Virus record (IMG/VR): IMGVR_UViG_3300031972_002122
Span: 1 to 64,000 of that record
Reading direction: 5' to 3' (one strand)
Length of the DNA stretch: 64,000 nucleotides
Source of the DNA: a virus
Numbering within the stretch: the stretch's first letter is position 1; every line of letters begins with the position of its first letter. Below are positions 9,029-19,661 of this stretch, piece after piece. The notes beneath the pieces were generated by a model that did no database searches, had not been told where the DNA came from, and was given only the letters and a program-made list of their open reading frames with translations. Made by a program: the position numbers and the translations under genes.

Positions 9029-11575
9029 ATGATAAAATATACTAGGACAGGTAACGGTCTTCAAGACTTTGCTTCACAGATACCATTTATAGACACTGAT
9101 CAGGTTTCCAAAAACTACTTCAGGGTCAGTGGATTTCCAGATAGACTCTATGTTGGTAAGAATTCATTTCGAATATCTGGGAATGGTGATACACTAGTTC
9201 GTGGGTCTCGCATATATATTGACGTCGTGGATTCTAATGGTAATTTAATTTATCATGAAGTACTAAATATTGTCAATCGTGACAAAAGTAAACTAATAGT
9301 AATTCATGTATACCCAGACACGCCAGTAGGTGCTGCTACAGTTTATATAGCTGGGAGGGTTTTACGTGACCCTAGAACACAGGAAATGTTACAACAGTCT
9401 AGTGACCCATTCAGTACTGATCATAAATTGTATCCGAATGTGATGTGGGTCGGAAAAACTGTAGTCGTCCAAGGAGAGCAGAATAACACTCCAGTGTTTT
9501 TTGCGGGGGAGCCTAAGATAACATTTGGCGAGAAGTTTGTATCATATACCTCGGTGTCTGGATCATCTAGGTTGGTTGAAGTTACTGGTAGTGGGGGTGT
9601 TACTCTTTCATCTACCTCACGTATTATACCCAATCAATACTCGGATAAAAGTGTATTTAGTGATCAAATTATTGAGGGTGGGAGACGTGTTCGAAGATTT
9701 CCAGAAATAGAAAACAATTCTGGAAATTCGGATGGTGATATACAAGTGCCTGAGTTTTTCAAATTATCTAGAATTCAGGCTGGGTCGGCGTTATTTACCA
9801 AATCTATGGAAGGTGGTAAGATTACTATAACAGATATAGATGTTAGTAGGTATACACCAGACGATTACACTTCACCTCCACTTATCCCAGATTACTCAGC
9901 TAGTATAGTTGAAGTGATCAATGATACTACTATAGAGGTAGATAATCCATTTAATATAGCACGTGAATACACTAGCCCCACTGGTGAAAATAAACGCGTG
10001 ATATTTAATTCATTCATCAATCAACCATCGTATTCTATTTCGTATTATGACGATTCAGTAACTACACTGACAACTGACTCTTCAGAGTCTTTTGCTACTA
10101 TCGAATTTATGGGTTTAGAGCCATCCGCTGGACAAGTTGATCGTGTGAAGATTTCGTACAAACCCGTTGGGTCTTTTGGAGATTTTATTAATATTGGTGA
10201 GTTTCCAATAATAGAATCTAATTTTTTAGTTGATACTGATGTACATGTAATGACTCTGGATTCTGGACTTACGGAGAAACAGATTGGGTACCCAAAAGAT
10301 ACTAATGACGTGATACTGTATTGGACTGGTTCGAGTACTACCGTGACTGGTGTGGATTTAATAAAATCTGATAGTAAAATATCTGATGGATTTACCATTA
10401 CACATGATGGTATAGATAGTTCAGATAAGCACGTTGTGGTGACTGTCAATGATGACGCTAATATTAGTCTTATAACGGTCAAAAACACCGAATATAAATT
10501 AAAATTTAAGTCTCACCACGGCGGGGACACTGCAGGTTCTAATTCGTGGAGTGCCCCATATATGGACGTGTATGTATCTGGGTCTGGACTGGTTACTGAT
10601 CAGATACGTGGTGGTGGGAGTGCAAATCCATTGAACGATCTTTCATTGGGAACGTATATTGGGACGGTAGACTCTAAGTTTGGTAGAAAGCAAGATAGTG
10701 AGTTTTATTTTATAGCTAAAGATCGAAAAAATATTAAACCAATATTTGTCATTCGGTCTGGCGTGTGGGATATTGGGCAAATTGAACTGCTACCTAGAAA
10801 GGATAATGGATTCTCACCAAATCAGTCACGGTTGTCGATACCGTTAAATAATTTGAGACAGCGATCTGAACTTGTGATGGATTTTAAATATCTAAATGTT
10901 GATGGTCGACCTGCGAATGTAGATAGTCGAATTTACGGTGTCTATTTCGAGGGAGCTACCGACATACTTTCACAGTCGGTGTCGGCGGATATATCTACTA
11001 TTAAAACTGATATAAATGTCATATCTGGGAGTTTGAATCTGTTAAGTGGGTCATTTGAATCTTTCAGTGGATCATACAGTACTAGGGTAACTACACTGGA
11101 GACATCCCCCACTTTCCAAGGATTCATCGGCGACTTTGACCTTGTGGGGCAAGTATCATCGAGCTTCAATGTTGACTTGGGAACGCCGATCGAATGGAAC
11201 CCCCGAGCTTATAACGGATGTAGCATTAGTGGGAGTGAAATTACATTCGATTCGTCAATCGATAGTTCTTCACTATTTACACTCAATGCTCAAATGAATA
11301 TACGGGTTAGTGATGGTGCGAATTTTATAATGAAAACCGTTGGAAGTTCAACCCAATACCAAACGCTTGGTCTATTCACATCAGCTCTACATACGTCGGC
11401 ATCTGTTTCATTATCAACAACATTTGTTGTGAATCCGAATGACACGTTTGAGATGGGATTTATACATAAAAATGGATCGGTGGGTGGAGTTATAACAGAG
11501 CAGAATACAAATAGTAATCAGGGAATTATCAACACGATTGAAATAATCGGACGTGGTGTGGTAGTTATTCCATAA
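9029..11575 (+). CDS. Large virion structural protein (tail/baseplate-associated)
   Basis: 848 aa, beta-rich, S/G/T-rich with SGS repeats; ATATTTATA motif upstream. Confidence 0.55.
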   Translation: MIKYTRTGNGLQDFASQIPFIDTDQVSKNYFRVSGFPDRLYVGKNSFRISGNGDTLVRGSRIYIDVVDSNGNLIYHEVLNIVNRDKSKLIVIHVYPDTPVGAATVYIAGRVLRDPRTQEMLQQSSDPFSTDHKLYPNVMWVGKTVVVQGEQNNTPVFFAGEPKITFGEKFVSYTSVSGSSRLVEVTGSGGVTLSSTSRIIPNQYSDKSVFSDQIIEGGRRVRRFPEIENNSGNSDGDIQVPEFFKLSRIQAGSALFTKSMEGGKITITDIDVSRYTPDDYTSPPLIPDYSASIVEVINDTTIEVDNPFNIAREYTSPTGENKRVIFNSFINQPSYSISYYDDSVTTLTTDSSESFATIEFMGLEPSAGQVDRVKISYKPVGSFGDFINIGEFPIIESNFLVDTDVHVMTLDSGLTEKQIGYPKDTNDVILYWTGSSTTVTGVDLIKSDSKISDGFTITHDGIDSSDKHVVVTVNDDANISLITVKNTEYKLKFKSHHGGDTAGSNSWSAPYMDVYVSGSGLVTDQIRGGGSANPLNDLSLGTYIGTVDSKFGRKQDSEFYFIAKDRKNIKPIFVIRSGVWDIGQIELLPRKDNGFSPNQSRLSIPLNNLRQRSELVMDFKYLNVDGRPANVDSRIYGVYFEGATDILSQSVSADISTIKTDINVISGSLNLLSGSFESFSGSYSTRVTTLETSPTFQGFIGDFDLVGQVSSSFNVDLGTPIEWNPRAYNGCSISGSEITFDSSIDSSSLFTLNAQMNIRVSDGANFIMKTVGSSTQYQTLGLFTSALHTSASVSLSTTFVVNPNDTFEMGFIHKNGSVGGVITEQNTNSNQGIINTIEIIGRGVVVIP

Positions 11576-11583
11576 TTATTAAT

Positions 11584-13320
11584 ATGAACAAGATGAATGA
11601 AAATAATAGTACGCAGAGTGGTGGTGTTGATGACGGGCCACGCTTCATGTATGGAAATCGTGCGACATACATGAAATTCGCACGTCGTATGGCGGACAGT
11701 CTAGGAATGTCTATCGAGGATTGGATCATGGATATGGAGAAAGAATTCGATATCGGTGCTGGTCGAGACGTTGCAGATACGGTATCATATTTCCCAACTG
11801 GGGATGCTGACGCCGTGAATCATGGTACGAATTACCACTCAGACGTATCCAGTGAGCAGGCGCATACTCTATGGGCAGCTCGCGCTGAACGGATTGCTAA
11901 GATCGCAAACTTAGATATCGAAGTTGTCGACGACATAGATGCTGACGAATCTAAGAAAGAGCCGATCGCCGAGGGGGTTATTTCGGAAAAACGTATTGGT
12001 GGATATCGGTTAGATAAATTTGAATTGCATAAATATAATGCTTTTAACGATTCTCCAACTCCAGAATTTAAAGGCGTGAAAGATTACGTACCTAGTGGGT
12101 ATCGACTTTATAGTGGTAGAATTTCTGTTACCTTGGATATTCATGGTGACTCATTGCCAATATCATTTGATTATGGGATTGGTCGAAATGTACCGGGCAA
12201 CATTACCCGTGACGAATTGATCAAATATCAACACGTGGACGCTAATATTAGTAATTATATACATAATGAAGATGATTTAGATCATGAAACACTATATCGA
12301 TCTATAGCTGATTTTATCGTCGAGTTGTATGAAGAATTTCCATTTGGTAGTATAACTGCGGACTGGCATTCAAAGGCTGGTCAAGTGTGGGATAATGTTC
12401 TAAATGTCCTACAATCGATTTTACCTTCAAACAAACGGGATGGAAATACATTATCTATCAGTGAAGGGCTATCAAATAATAATGTAGACGACACAGCCAC
12501 CGTGGATGAAGAACTCGGAACTGATGACAGAGAAGAGTTTGATAACGAAGATATACTTATACCTCCCGATTCTGAACGTAGTGGTGACGGTTCTGAGGAG
12601 GAAGAGCACGATTTCATACCAGCCGATGAAATAGAACCCGAAGATGGTGAAGACCCAACTAATCTTGGTGATGGATTTATCCCAGTTGAAGGTGGGTATG
12701 TGCAATATATTAGAGAAAATTTAGACGATCTAGGGATCGATACGTTGATGACGTTATGGGAAGATCAGTTGATTGAAGAGCATCACACGATTAAAGACGA
12801 ACAGATCGATTCTATCATTGAGGGGAATCTGGTTCATATAATTGGGGAAAAGTCATATAAAGATTTGAGGAGGAATGCCCCGCACTTCTTAAACATACGG
12901 GGCAAGTCGAAGGACACGCCCGGTTCCCGTTTCGTTAACATAGACGAAAAGAACATATGCCACTTTAAGACACCATCCCACACGCATGCTGGTGTGACGT
13001 ACGATCAGCAAGTTCATCTCATAGATTTGGAAGAAATAATGAAAACTCAGGGGGGGATTAAAAAACCACTAGAAATTATACGATTGGCATTGGAGGGTAA
13101 CATCGCAGTTCACTGTACTGATCCGTCGTGGAAGTTTTGGGGATTTCAATATATAGGAACCAAAGAAAAGTATGCAATAACTAAGGAACCTAGATACCCG
13201 AAGGTTAGAAATCCACGATTGAAGGGGTCGGTGTGTAAGCATTTGGATAACGTGTTATTTGTATTACCGTTCCAGAATACCAAGATTTTGAGAGATTTAA
13301 GACGTCAAAAACGTTTATGA
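11584..13320 (+). CDS. Modular acidic protein with a possible GNAT-like middle and SWIM-like zinc-finger C-terminus
   Basis: C-terminal VHCTDP..KFWG..Y...RNP...GSVCKHL; acidic linkers with ISE/IRE/IEE sites. Confidence 0.55.
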   Translation: MNKMNENNSTQSGGVDDGPRFMYGNRATYMKFARRMADSLGMSIEDWIMDMEKEFDIGAGRDVADTVSYFPTGDADAVNHGTNYHSDVSSEQAHTLWAARAERIAKIANLDIEVVDDIDADESKKEPIAEGVISEKRIGGYRLDKFELHKYNAFNDSPTPEFKGVKDYVPSGYRLYSGRISVTLDIHGDSLPISFDYGIGRNVPGNITRDELIKYQHVDANISNYIHNEDDLDHETLYRSIADFIVELYEEFPFGSITADWHSKAGQVWDNVLNVLQSILPSNKRDGNTLSISEGLSNNNVDDTATVDEELGTDDREEFDNEDILIPPDSERSGDGSEEEEHDFIPADEIEPEDGEDPTNLGDGFIPVEGGYVQYIRENLDDLGIDTLMTLWEDQLIEEHHTIKDEQIDSIIEGNLVHIIGEKSYKDLRRNAPHFLNIRGKSKDTPGSRFVNIDEKNICHFKTPSHTHAGVTYDQQVHLIDLEEIMKTQGGIKKPLEIIRLALEGNIAVHCTDPSWKFWGFQYIGTKEKYAITKEPRYPKVRNPRLKGSVCKHLDNVLFVLPFQNTKILRDLRRQKRL

Positions 13321-13362
13321 TAAATTAACTGATACTTATTTATAAAAAGAGGATGTATACTA

Positions 13363-13944
13363 ATGGCTAAAAAAATGAAAAAAGAGCTAGAAGAAAGATT
13401 GCGTGAAGTTATTAAGAGTAAAATTCGGAGACTTCGAGAAGCACCAGTAATGCCTGATGAAGAGGAAGATGATGAATTTCAGCAAACTTCAGCTCCAGAC
13501 GTTAAAAGATCAAAGCCTGCGCCTGTAGATGGAAATGATTCCCAAGCACCTCAAGCTCCAGTCGAGCCGTCGAAAGCTGGATTTTCATCGGAACCATCAG
13601 CGTCCCCAGATGTGGCACCGTCTGAAGTACCGCCAGAACCAACATCGCCAGAAGTACCCGCGATGGATGAACCAGCGGCTGATGCTCCCGAGAGTGGTGA
13701 TGAAAAAATACGACAGGCTAAAGTTCGATTGTTTTTTGATAAAATGGCTGCCAATCCAACACTTATGAATTTATTGAAATTTACAAGTCCATTGGAACAG
13801 GCAGAAGCTATACATCAATTCGCTACTATGGTCGGTGTACCTAAAAGTCAAGTATTACCATTACTTAAGCAAATTAAAGACACGTCTATGGAACCAGAAA
13901 CTGATCCAAATCCTGTGGAGCGTGTAACACGAAGAAGAAGATAA
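13363..13944 (+). CDS. Pro/acid-rich hypothetical protein (possible internal head protein)
   Basis: N-terminal LREVIKSKIRRLRE followed by a disordered P/E/A/S linker; own promoter motif and GAGG. Confidence 0.6.
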   Translation: MAKKMKKELEERLREVIKSKIRRLREAPVMPDEEEDDEFQQTSAPDVKRSKPAPVDGNDSQAPQAPVEPSKAGFSSEPSASPDVAPSEVPPEPTSPEVPAMDEPAADAPESGDEKIRQAKVRLFFDKMAANPTLMNLLKFTSPLEQAEAIHQFATMVGVPKSQVLPLLKQIKDTSMEPETDPNPVERVTRRRR

Positions 13945-13945
13945 T

Positions 13946-14638
13946 ATGGCAAATAAGTTACAAAATATAAAAGCACTCAAGCAGATGCTTTCTGGGAATC
14001 ACCACTCACAAACTAAAAAAACATTCTACTTCGGTAGGAATGAAAAGAAGTTAGAGTTTGAGGATAAGAAGCGGTCTGCGAAGGTAGGCGACGCTATAGT
14101 TCAGGAATTGACAACTACAAATGGCATGACTAGCTACAGGACACATTTTTGTATTGGACTGAATTCATTCCATACAGTGTCTGGTAAGTGGAAGTCTAAG
14201 GAAGAATACGATACTCACCAGAAAGAGATACGGGATATCCTAAATCCATTTAAGGCATGCAATCCTGACAACGAATCGTGTACTAAGAGTCATCCTAGTA
14301 AGATTGATGAGAAGTTGGCTAGGAAGACTGGTATGTGTGATTCGTGCTTGGCTAAATTCGAACTGCAGTTGCAGATTGGTGGGAAGTTTAATAATTACGC
14401 CATGGAAAAGATGCGTAACAATCTAAAGTCATGGATGCGCGATCAAGAGATAGAGTTAACTAAATGGAAAGAAGACCTTCAATCTGGTGTATCTTATTTG
14501 AATAATTCTGAGGGGAATGAGAGCTCTATGGAAAACTGGGAAGGTGATGTGGATGGTGTTATTAAGCGATTTGAGACTGAATTTTACGAAATGAAGAAGA
14601 TGATGTTTGATAACTATGGGATTAGCGAAGATGAATAA
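13946..14638 (+). CDS. Hypothetical protein with Cys cluster (C...C...CxxC)
   Basis: ORF track; ACNP...SC...GMCDSC. Confidence 0.65.
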   Translation: MANKLQNIKALKQMLSGNHHSQTKKTFYFGRNEKKLEFEDKKRSAKVGDAIVQELTTTNGMTSYRTHFCIGLNSFHTVSGKWKSKEEYDTHQKEIRDILNPFKACNPDNESCTKSHPSKIDEKLARKTGMCDSCLAKFELQLQIGGKFNNYAMEKMRNNLKSWMRDQEIELTKWKEDLQSGVSYLNNSEGNESSMENWEGDVDGVIKRFETEFYEMKKMMFDNYGISEDE

Positions 14639-14942
14639 TTATCGTAACAGACAGTTGGTGTGGATAGTTATCATACTTATTGTGTCACTTGGTGGGTATA
14701 TTTTAGCATTCTTTCAATTTAGGACTAATGCATCGCTAGCGGATCGGTTACTGAGTGATGATATGAATCGGATTGGTGTCATTGATGACGAATTATCAGC
14801 GATTAGGACGGATACGGCGATTACTATGGAAGAGTTGAAAAAGTCCCAGAATAAGATTAATAAACTTATCGAGGAAGCTCTTAAGCGTGATACTACTTCA
14901 CTCAATTTAGATGATGCGTTAAAAATTATAAATGAGTTATGA
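14631..14942 (+). CDS. N-terminal TM + coiled-coil protein (i-spanin-like)
   Basis: ATG at 14631 overlaps the upstream stop; LVWIVIILIVSLGGYILAFF TM then a heptad-rich region. Confidence 0.45.
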   Translation: MNNYRNRQLVWIVIILIVSLGGYILAFFQFRTNASLADRLLSDDMNRIGVIDDELSAIRTDTAITMEELKKSQNKINKLIEEALKRDTTSLNLDDALKIINEL

Positions 14943-15310
14943 TGCGGTTAATACTATTCATACTATTAATGCCCACGATTGGGATAGCACAGATAGATTC
15001 CACGGTGGTATCGATTCAAAGTATTATAAATGCTGCTGAGACGATAAACATGCAAAAAGATAGTATCGCGGAGTTGAACTCCATAATTGACGAGATGGTC
15101 AATGAAAATAGAATTCAATCTATATTATTTGAACAGCAAGCCGCAGAACTTGACCTGATGTCAAAACGGGTAGTAATTTCTGATGGAATAGTAGACCGAT
15201 ATTTGGGACATGTTGAACCTGATAAGTGGTTTGATAGACCAAATATTCGTTTTATGATTGGTCTGTTAACTGCATACGTATCATCACTCATATACAAAAA
15301 CATACGATGA
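14939..15310 (+). CDS. Secreted coiled-coil protein with C-terminal TM (spanin-like)
   Basis: Signal peptide MMRLILFILLMPTIGIA/Q, coiled coil, KWF..P then a hydrophobic C-terminus. Confidence 0.45.
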   Translation: MMRLILFILLMPTIGIAQIDSTVVSIQSIINAAETINMQKDSIAELNSIIDEMVNENRIQSILFEQQAAELDLMSKRVVISDGIVDRYLGHVEPDKWFDRPNIRFMIGLLTAYVSSLIYKNIR

Positions 15311-15319
15311 GGATGATGA

Positions 15320-16939
15320 ATGTCAACTAAAAAACCAACACAGCAACAAATTATACAACAACGTATACGGGAAGAGTATGTGCGGTGTGCTCAAGATTCT
15401 GTTCACTTTTTTAAAAAGTATGCGATTATTCAACACCCGAAGCGTGGTAAGATTAATTTTAATCTTTACGAATTTCAAGAGAAGACACTCCCACAATTTC
15501 AAAATAATCGATATAACATCGTACTGAAGGGTAGGCAACTTGGATTGTCAACACTAACTGCTGGGTATGCATTGTGGCGCATGTTATTTACCGATGACTT
15601 CAAGGTACTTGTTATAGCGACCACACAGGACGTTGCTAAAGAATTAGTATCCAAGGTTCAACTAATGTATGAAAAGCTCCCAGTGTGGCTAAAAAAGACC
15701 GCTAAGGAGGATGTGTTCAATAAGCTAGAACTTACATTTAAAAACGGGTCATCAATTAAAGCAGTTTCTAGTTCTGAGAAATCAGCCAGATCGCCATCTA
15801 TTTCTCTCTTACTGGTAGATGAGGCAGCATTTATAGATAAGATGGATGATATTTGGACTGCAGCTCAAGCTACACTAGCGACTGGTGGGGATGCTATCTT
15901 ATTATCTACACCAAATGGTATGGGTAATTTATTTCATCAAAAGTGGATGGAGGCTGTTGAGGGCACGTTTGACGATTTAGACGAGCCATTTAATGCTATA
16001 ATGCTCCCATGGCACTTACACCCAGACCGTGACGAGAAATGGGCTAAGAGTGAAAAGTCTAAACTTGGTGCTCGTAAATTTGCACAAGAGCATGATTGTG
16101 ATTTTATAAGTTCTGGACACACTGTTATTGAGGGTGAAATACTTCAATATTATAAAGAAAATATGGTCGTCGATCCGTTAGAGAAGCGGTATAGTGGCGA
16201 TTTATGGATTTGGGACTTCCCCAATTATAGTAAGAGTTATATGGTACTTGCCGATGTTGCTCGGGGTGATGGTGCGGATTATAGTACATTTCACATTTTT
16301 GATGTCGAGACTATGGATCAGGTGGCTGAATACAAAGCTAAGATTGGTACACGAGAGTTTGGACACATGCTCGTTAGTATCTCGATGGAATATAATCAAG
16401 CACTACTGGTTATTGATAATAAGAATATGGGATGGGATGTTGTGCAGGTTGCACTTGATCGTGGATACCCTAACCTGTACTACAGTTATAAAAATGATCC
16501 ATTTTTCGATGAAAATATTCACTTGCGGAAGAATTACGATTTGAAAAACAAGAAGGATATGGTACCGGGCATGACAGTTGGTCATAAAATCAGAATGAAT
16601 CTTATATCTAAATTGGAGATATATTTCCGCGAGAAAGCCATAGGGCTAAAAAGTATTAGAACGATTAATGAACTGTTTGTATTTCTTTGGGTAAATGGTA
16701 AAGCTCAGGCACAGAGTGGGTATAATGACGACTTGGTAATGGCACTAGCCATGGGGTTATTCGTTAGAGACACTGCATTGCGGATGCGGCAGGTTGGGAT
16801 TGATCTGACTAAGAAGTCGTTAAGTCAAAGTCATAAATTAGTTTACACTGCTAAGCGGACTGGTGACGACACATGGAAGATGGATTTGGGTGGAAATAAG
16901 GGTACTGAAGATGTGAGGTGGCTTTTAGGGCGTAAATAA
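15320..16939 (+). CDS. terL: Terminase large subunit (T4 gp17-like)
   Basis: LYEFQ adenine motif, KGRQLGLST Walker A, LLVDEAAF Walker B, STPNG coupling motif, ADVARG.G.DYS and NDDLVMA nuclease motifs. Confidence 0.97.
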   Translation: MSTKKPTQQQIIQQRIREEYVRCAQDSVHFFKKYAIIQHPKRGKINFNLYEFQEKTLPQFQNNRYNIVLKGRQLGLSTLTAGYALWRMLFTDDFKVLVIATTQDVAKELVSKVQLMYEKLPVWLKKTAKEDVFNKLELTFKNGSSIKAVSSSEKSARSPSISLLLVDEAAFIDKMDDIWTAAQATLATGGDAILLSTPNGMGNLFHQKWMEAVEGTFDDLDEPFNAIMLPWHLHPDRDEKWAKSEKSKLGARKFAQEHDCDFISSGHTVIEGEILQYYKENMVVDPLEKRYSGDLWIWDFPNYSKSYMVLADVARGDGADYSTFHIFDVETMDQVAEYKAKIGTREFGHMLVSISMEYNQALLVIDNKNMGWDVVQVALDRGYPNLYYSYKNDPFFDENIHLRKNYDLKNKKDMVPGMTVGHKIRMNLISKLEIYFREKAIGLKSIRTINELFVFLWVNGKAQAQSGYNDDLVMALAMGLFVRDTALRMRQVGIDLTKKSLSQSHKLVYTAKRTGDDTWKMDLGGNKGTEDVRWLLGRK

Positions 16940-16955
16940 TAATACTTATTATAAA

Positions 16956-18773
16956 ATGGCGTCATTTAGAGAAACTTTATCAAGACTATTCAGTCGTAAT
17001 GTGATAATTAAGCGTATGCCGGGCAACCGCCTCAAGGCATTCGATGTAACAAAATCGCAATCGGCTGGTGCTAGATCGATGAAATATGATCGACATGGGT
17101 GGCATCGATCTAAAAATACACTATCCGTTACTGGTTGGGGAACTGGGTACACGTCTGCTGAGATTGAAGCAGTTAGAAAACACATGTACGATGATTATGA
17201 AAATATGGATACTGACGGTATCATATCTTCAGCACTTGACATATACGCTGACGAGGCTACGACTCGGGACGCCAACGGTGAGCTACTAACGATCCGATCT
17301 CAGAACCCACAGGTTAAAAAAATCCTATATAATTTATTTTATGATGTATTGAACATCCAGAACAACTTATGGAGTTGGGTTAGGGGTGCGTGTAAGTATG
17401 GGGATTTCGTACTTTATCTTGTACTGAAAGAAGAAATTGGTGTAGTTAATGTTATACCTATTCATCCGTCTGTAGTTGAGCGGGAGGAAGGGTTCGATCC
17501 TGATAATCCAGAAAAATATCGATTCAGATATACTGGGGAAGCACTAAATATGTTGGAGAAGGATTACTTCGAAGAATACGAGGTAGCACATATTAGGATA
17601 TTGACCGATACCAATTATTTACCGTACGGTCGTTCAATTATTGAGCCGGGACGGCGTGAATACAAAAAACTTACATTACTAGAGGATGCGATGCTTATTA
17701 GCCGTATAATGCGGGCACCTGAGCGTCGAGTTTTTTATGTGGATATTGGGAACATTGCACCTGAAGAAGTTGATGGGTATATGCGCGATTTCATAGACGC
17801 CATGAAAAAGACGCCATTTATTGATCCCGTGACTGGTGATTATAATTTGAAGTATAATATTCAAAATATGCTAGAGGATTACCACATCCCTAGACGTGGA
17901 TCAGATTCTGGGATGGAGGTGGATACGTTACCCGGATTACAGAATGAAGGTCAAATAAATGATGTCGAGTATGTTAAGTCTAAATTACTCGCTGCTATTA
18001 AAATCCCGAAGGCTTGGTTAGGTTTTGATGAAAACGTTGAGGGTAAGGCAACGTTAGCTGCAGAGGATATTAGATTTGCGAGGACTACTGAACGAATCCA
18101 AAATTTTATTGTAGCTGAGCTATACAAGATTGCGGTAACGCATTTATACATACAGGGATTTGCGTCTGATGAGTTGCTAGACTTTGAGTTAACTCTGGCA
18201 AATCCATCAACTATTTACAAACGTCAGCAAATTGACCTCCTTAACGAGAAAATGAATTTAGCCACAAACATGATGGAATCTAGATTATTTTCTAACAAGT
18301 ATATTTATGAAAGGATATTCGATCTAAGTACAGACGAGTGGAAGGCTGAGCATGATCAAGTTATTGAAGACCTTAAGGAGACATTCCGTAAAGAACAGAT
18401 TTTCACGGAAGGTAATGATCCGAAGGTTACTGGAAAATCGTTCGGTACACCACATGATATGGCATCACTACAGATGGCGTCTAAATTGGACGGTGATGAA
18501 ATTAAAAATTTGTACACTACCGACGGTCGAGAAGATAATGAAGGACAGCCAGAGGCGACTGGTACGTTTGGTACGGATCGTGATAAAGCATTTGGTAGAG
18601 ACCCTGATGGTCGGAAGACCAATGATTCGGCAATCGATGTAAATTTGCAGGCTCATAACATGAGTCAACTGAATAAGTTTAAGGCAGTTAAACAATCCAT
18701 GATTCTCAACGAGGATACATCAAAGCATATAAAAATGTTAGATGAAAGTTCGTTGCTAGGTGATGAAGATTAA
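16956..18773 (+). CDS. Portal protein (T4 gp20-like)
   Basis: LLEDAMLI.RI.RAPERRVFYVDIGN, MLEDY.IP.RG, DTLPG motifs of the gp20 family. Confidence 0.97.
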   Translation: MASFRETLSRLFSRNVIIKRMPGNRLKAFDVTKSQSAGARSMKYDRHGWHRSKNTLSVTGWGTGYTSAEIEAVRKHMYDDYENMDTDGIISSALDIYADEATTRDANGELLTIRSQNPQVKKILYNLFYDVLNIQNNLWSWVRGACKYGDFVLYLVLKEEIGVVNVIPIHPSVVEREEGFDPDNPEKYRFRYTGEALNMLEKDYFEEYEVAHIRILTDTNYLPYGRSIIEPGRREYKKLTLLEDAMLISRIMRAPERRVFYVDIGNIAPEEVDGYMRDFIDAMKKTPFIDPVTGDYNLKYNIQNMLEDYHIPRRGSDSGMEVDTLPGLQNEGQINDVEYVKSKLLAAIKIPKAWLGFDENVEGKATLAAEDIRFARTTERIQNFIVAELYKIAVTHLYIQGFASDELLDFELTLANPSTIYKRQQIDLLNEKMNLATNMMESRLFSNKYIYERIFDLSTDEWKAEHDQVIEDLKETFRKEQIFTEGNDPKVTGKSFGTPHDMASLQMASKLDGDEIKNLYTTDGREDNEGQPEATGTFGTDRDKAFGRDPDGRKTNDSAIDVNLQAHNMSQLNKFKAVKQSMILNEDTSKHIKMLDESSLLGDED

Positions 18774-18821
18774 GCTTTGATCATAAAAAGTAATATTTAT
18801 AAAAAACACGTTTGGTACAAT

Positions 18822-19661
18822 ATGAAAAAACTCAAGCACTCTAAGTATAAAAATACAGGAATTATATTCGAGATTTTGTCTCGAAATATAGTTAATGAGG
18901 TATTGAACAAGAAAAACTCTGTAAGTTTAGGAATGGTTAAGCGATATTTCTCGGAGGGTACCGAGCTATACAAAGAGCTTAAATATTATCAAACTTTGCA
19001 AGAGATCAATAAAAAGATTCGTAGGGTTGATAGCTTAATTGATGTCGTGATTGAAAGCTACGGAAAAACTATAAACCATGAAAAATTGGCTAGTGAGAAG
19101 TATCGACTGATTGGTGAAATTAAGAAGCATTACGATTTTGAGACTTTTTTCAATTCTAGAGTTTCTAATTATAAGTTATTAGCATCTGTGTACAAAATTC
19201 TGGAACACTCTGTGTCGGATAATCCGGGCGATTATATGAATTGTCGAGATGTTATCGCTGAACATATTAGCGGTGAAGATCAGAATGAAAATATATTAAC
19301 GGAAGTTCAGACTGTTTGGAAGACTGAAAACCCAGATATAAAAAGGTTAGCACAAAAAATTGTGGTTGAGAAATTCAACTCTAAATATCACGGATTGGGA
19401 TCGAAGCAAAAAGCTTTACTCAAGAAATTTATACATGAAGACGTGGAATCTACTAGTTTTAGAGATTATGTATACGGTGAAGTTTCTAATCTGAAAACTA
19501 AACTTACTCGAATTTCTAATGGCATTCAAAATAAAGTAATGCAAATTAAGTTGATGGAATGTATTAATCTGATGGATATTATCGTGTCGTCTAAATCAGT
19601 AAAGAACGAACACCTATCGTCTATGCTGAAATACTACGAATTAGTTGAGGAGCTATCATAA
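18822..19661 (+). CDS. Head-cluster protein (possible prohead core component)
   Basis: ATG at 18822 after ATATTTATA; KHSKYKNTG.IFE.L start; helical; lies between portal and protease. Confidence 0.6.
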   Translation: MKKLKHSKYKNTGIIFEILSRNIVNEVLNKKNSVSLGMVKRYFSEGTELYKELKYYQTLQEINKKIRRVDSLIDVVIESYGKTINHEKLASEKYRLIGEIKKHYDFETFFNSRVSNYKLLASVYKILEHSVSDNPGDYMNCRDVIAEHISGEDQNENILTEVQTVWKTENPDIKRLAQKIVVEKFNSKYHGLGSKQKALLKKFIHEDVESTSFRDYVYGEVSNLKTKLTRISNGIQNKVMQIKLMECINLMDIIVSSKSVKNEHLSSMLKYYELVEELS

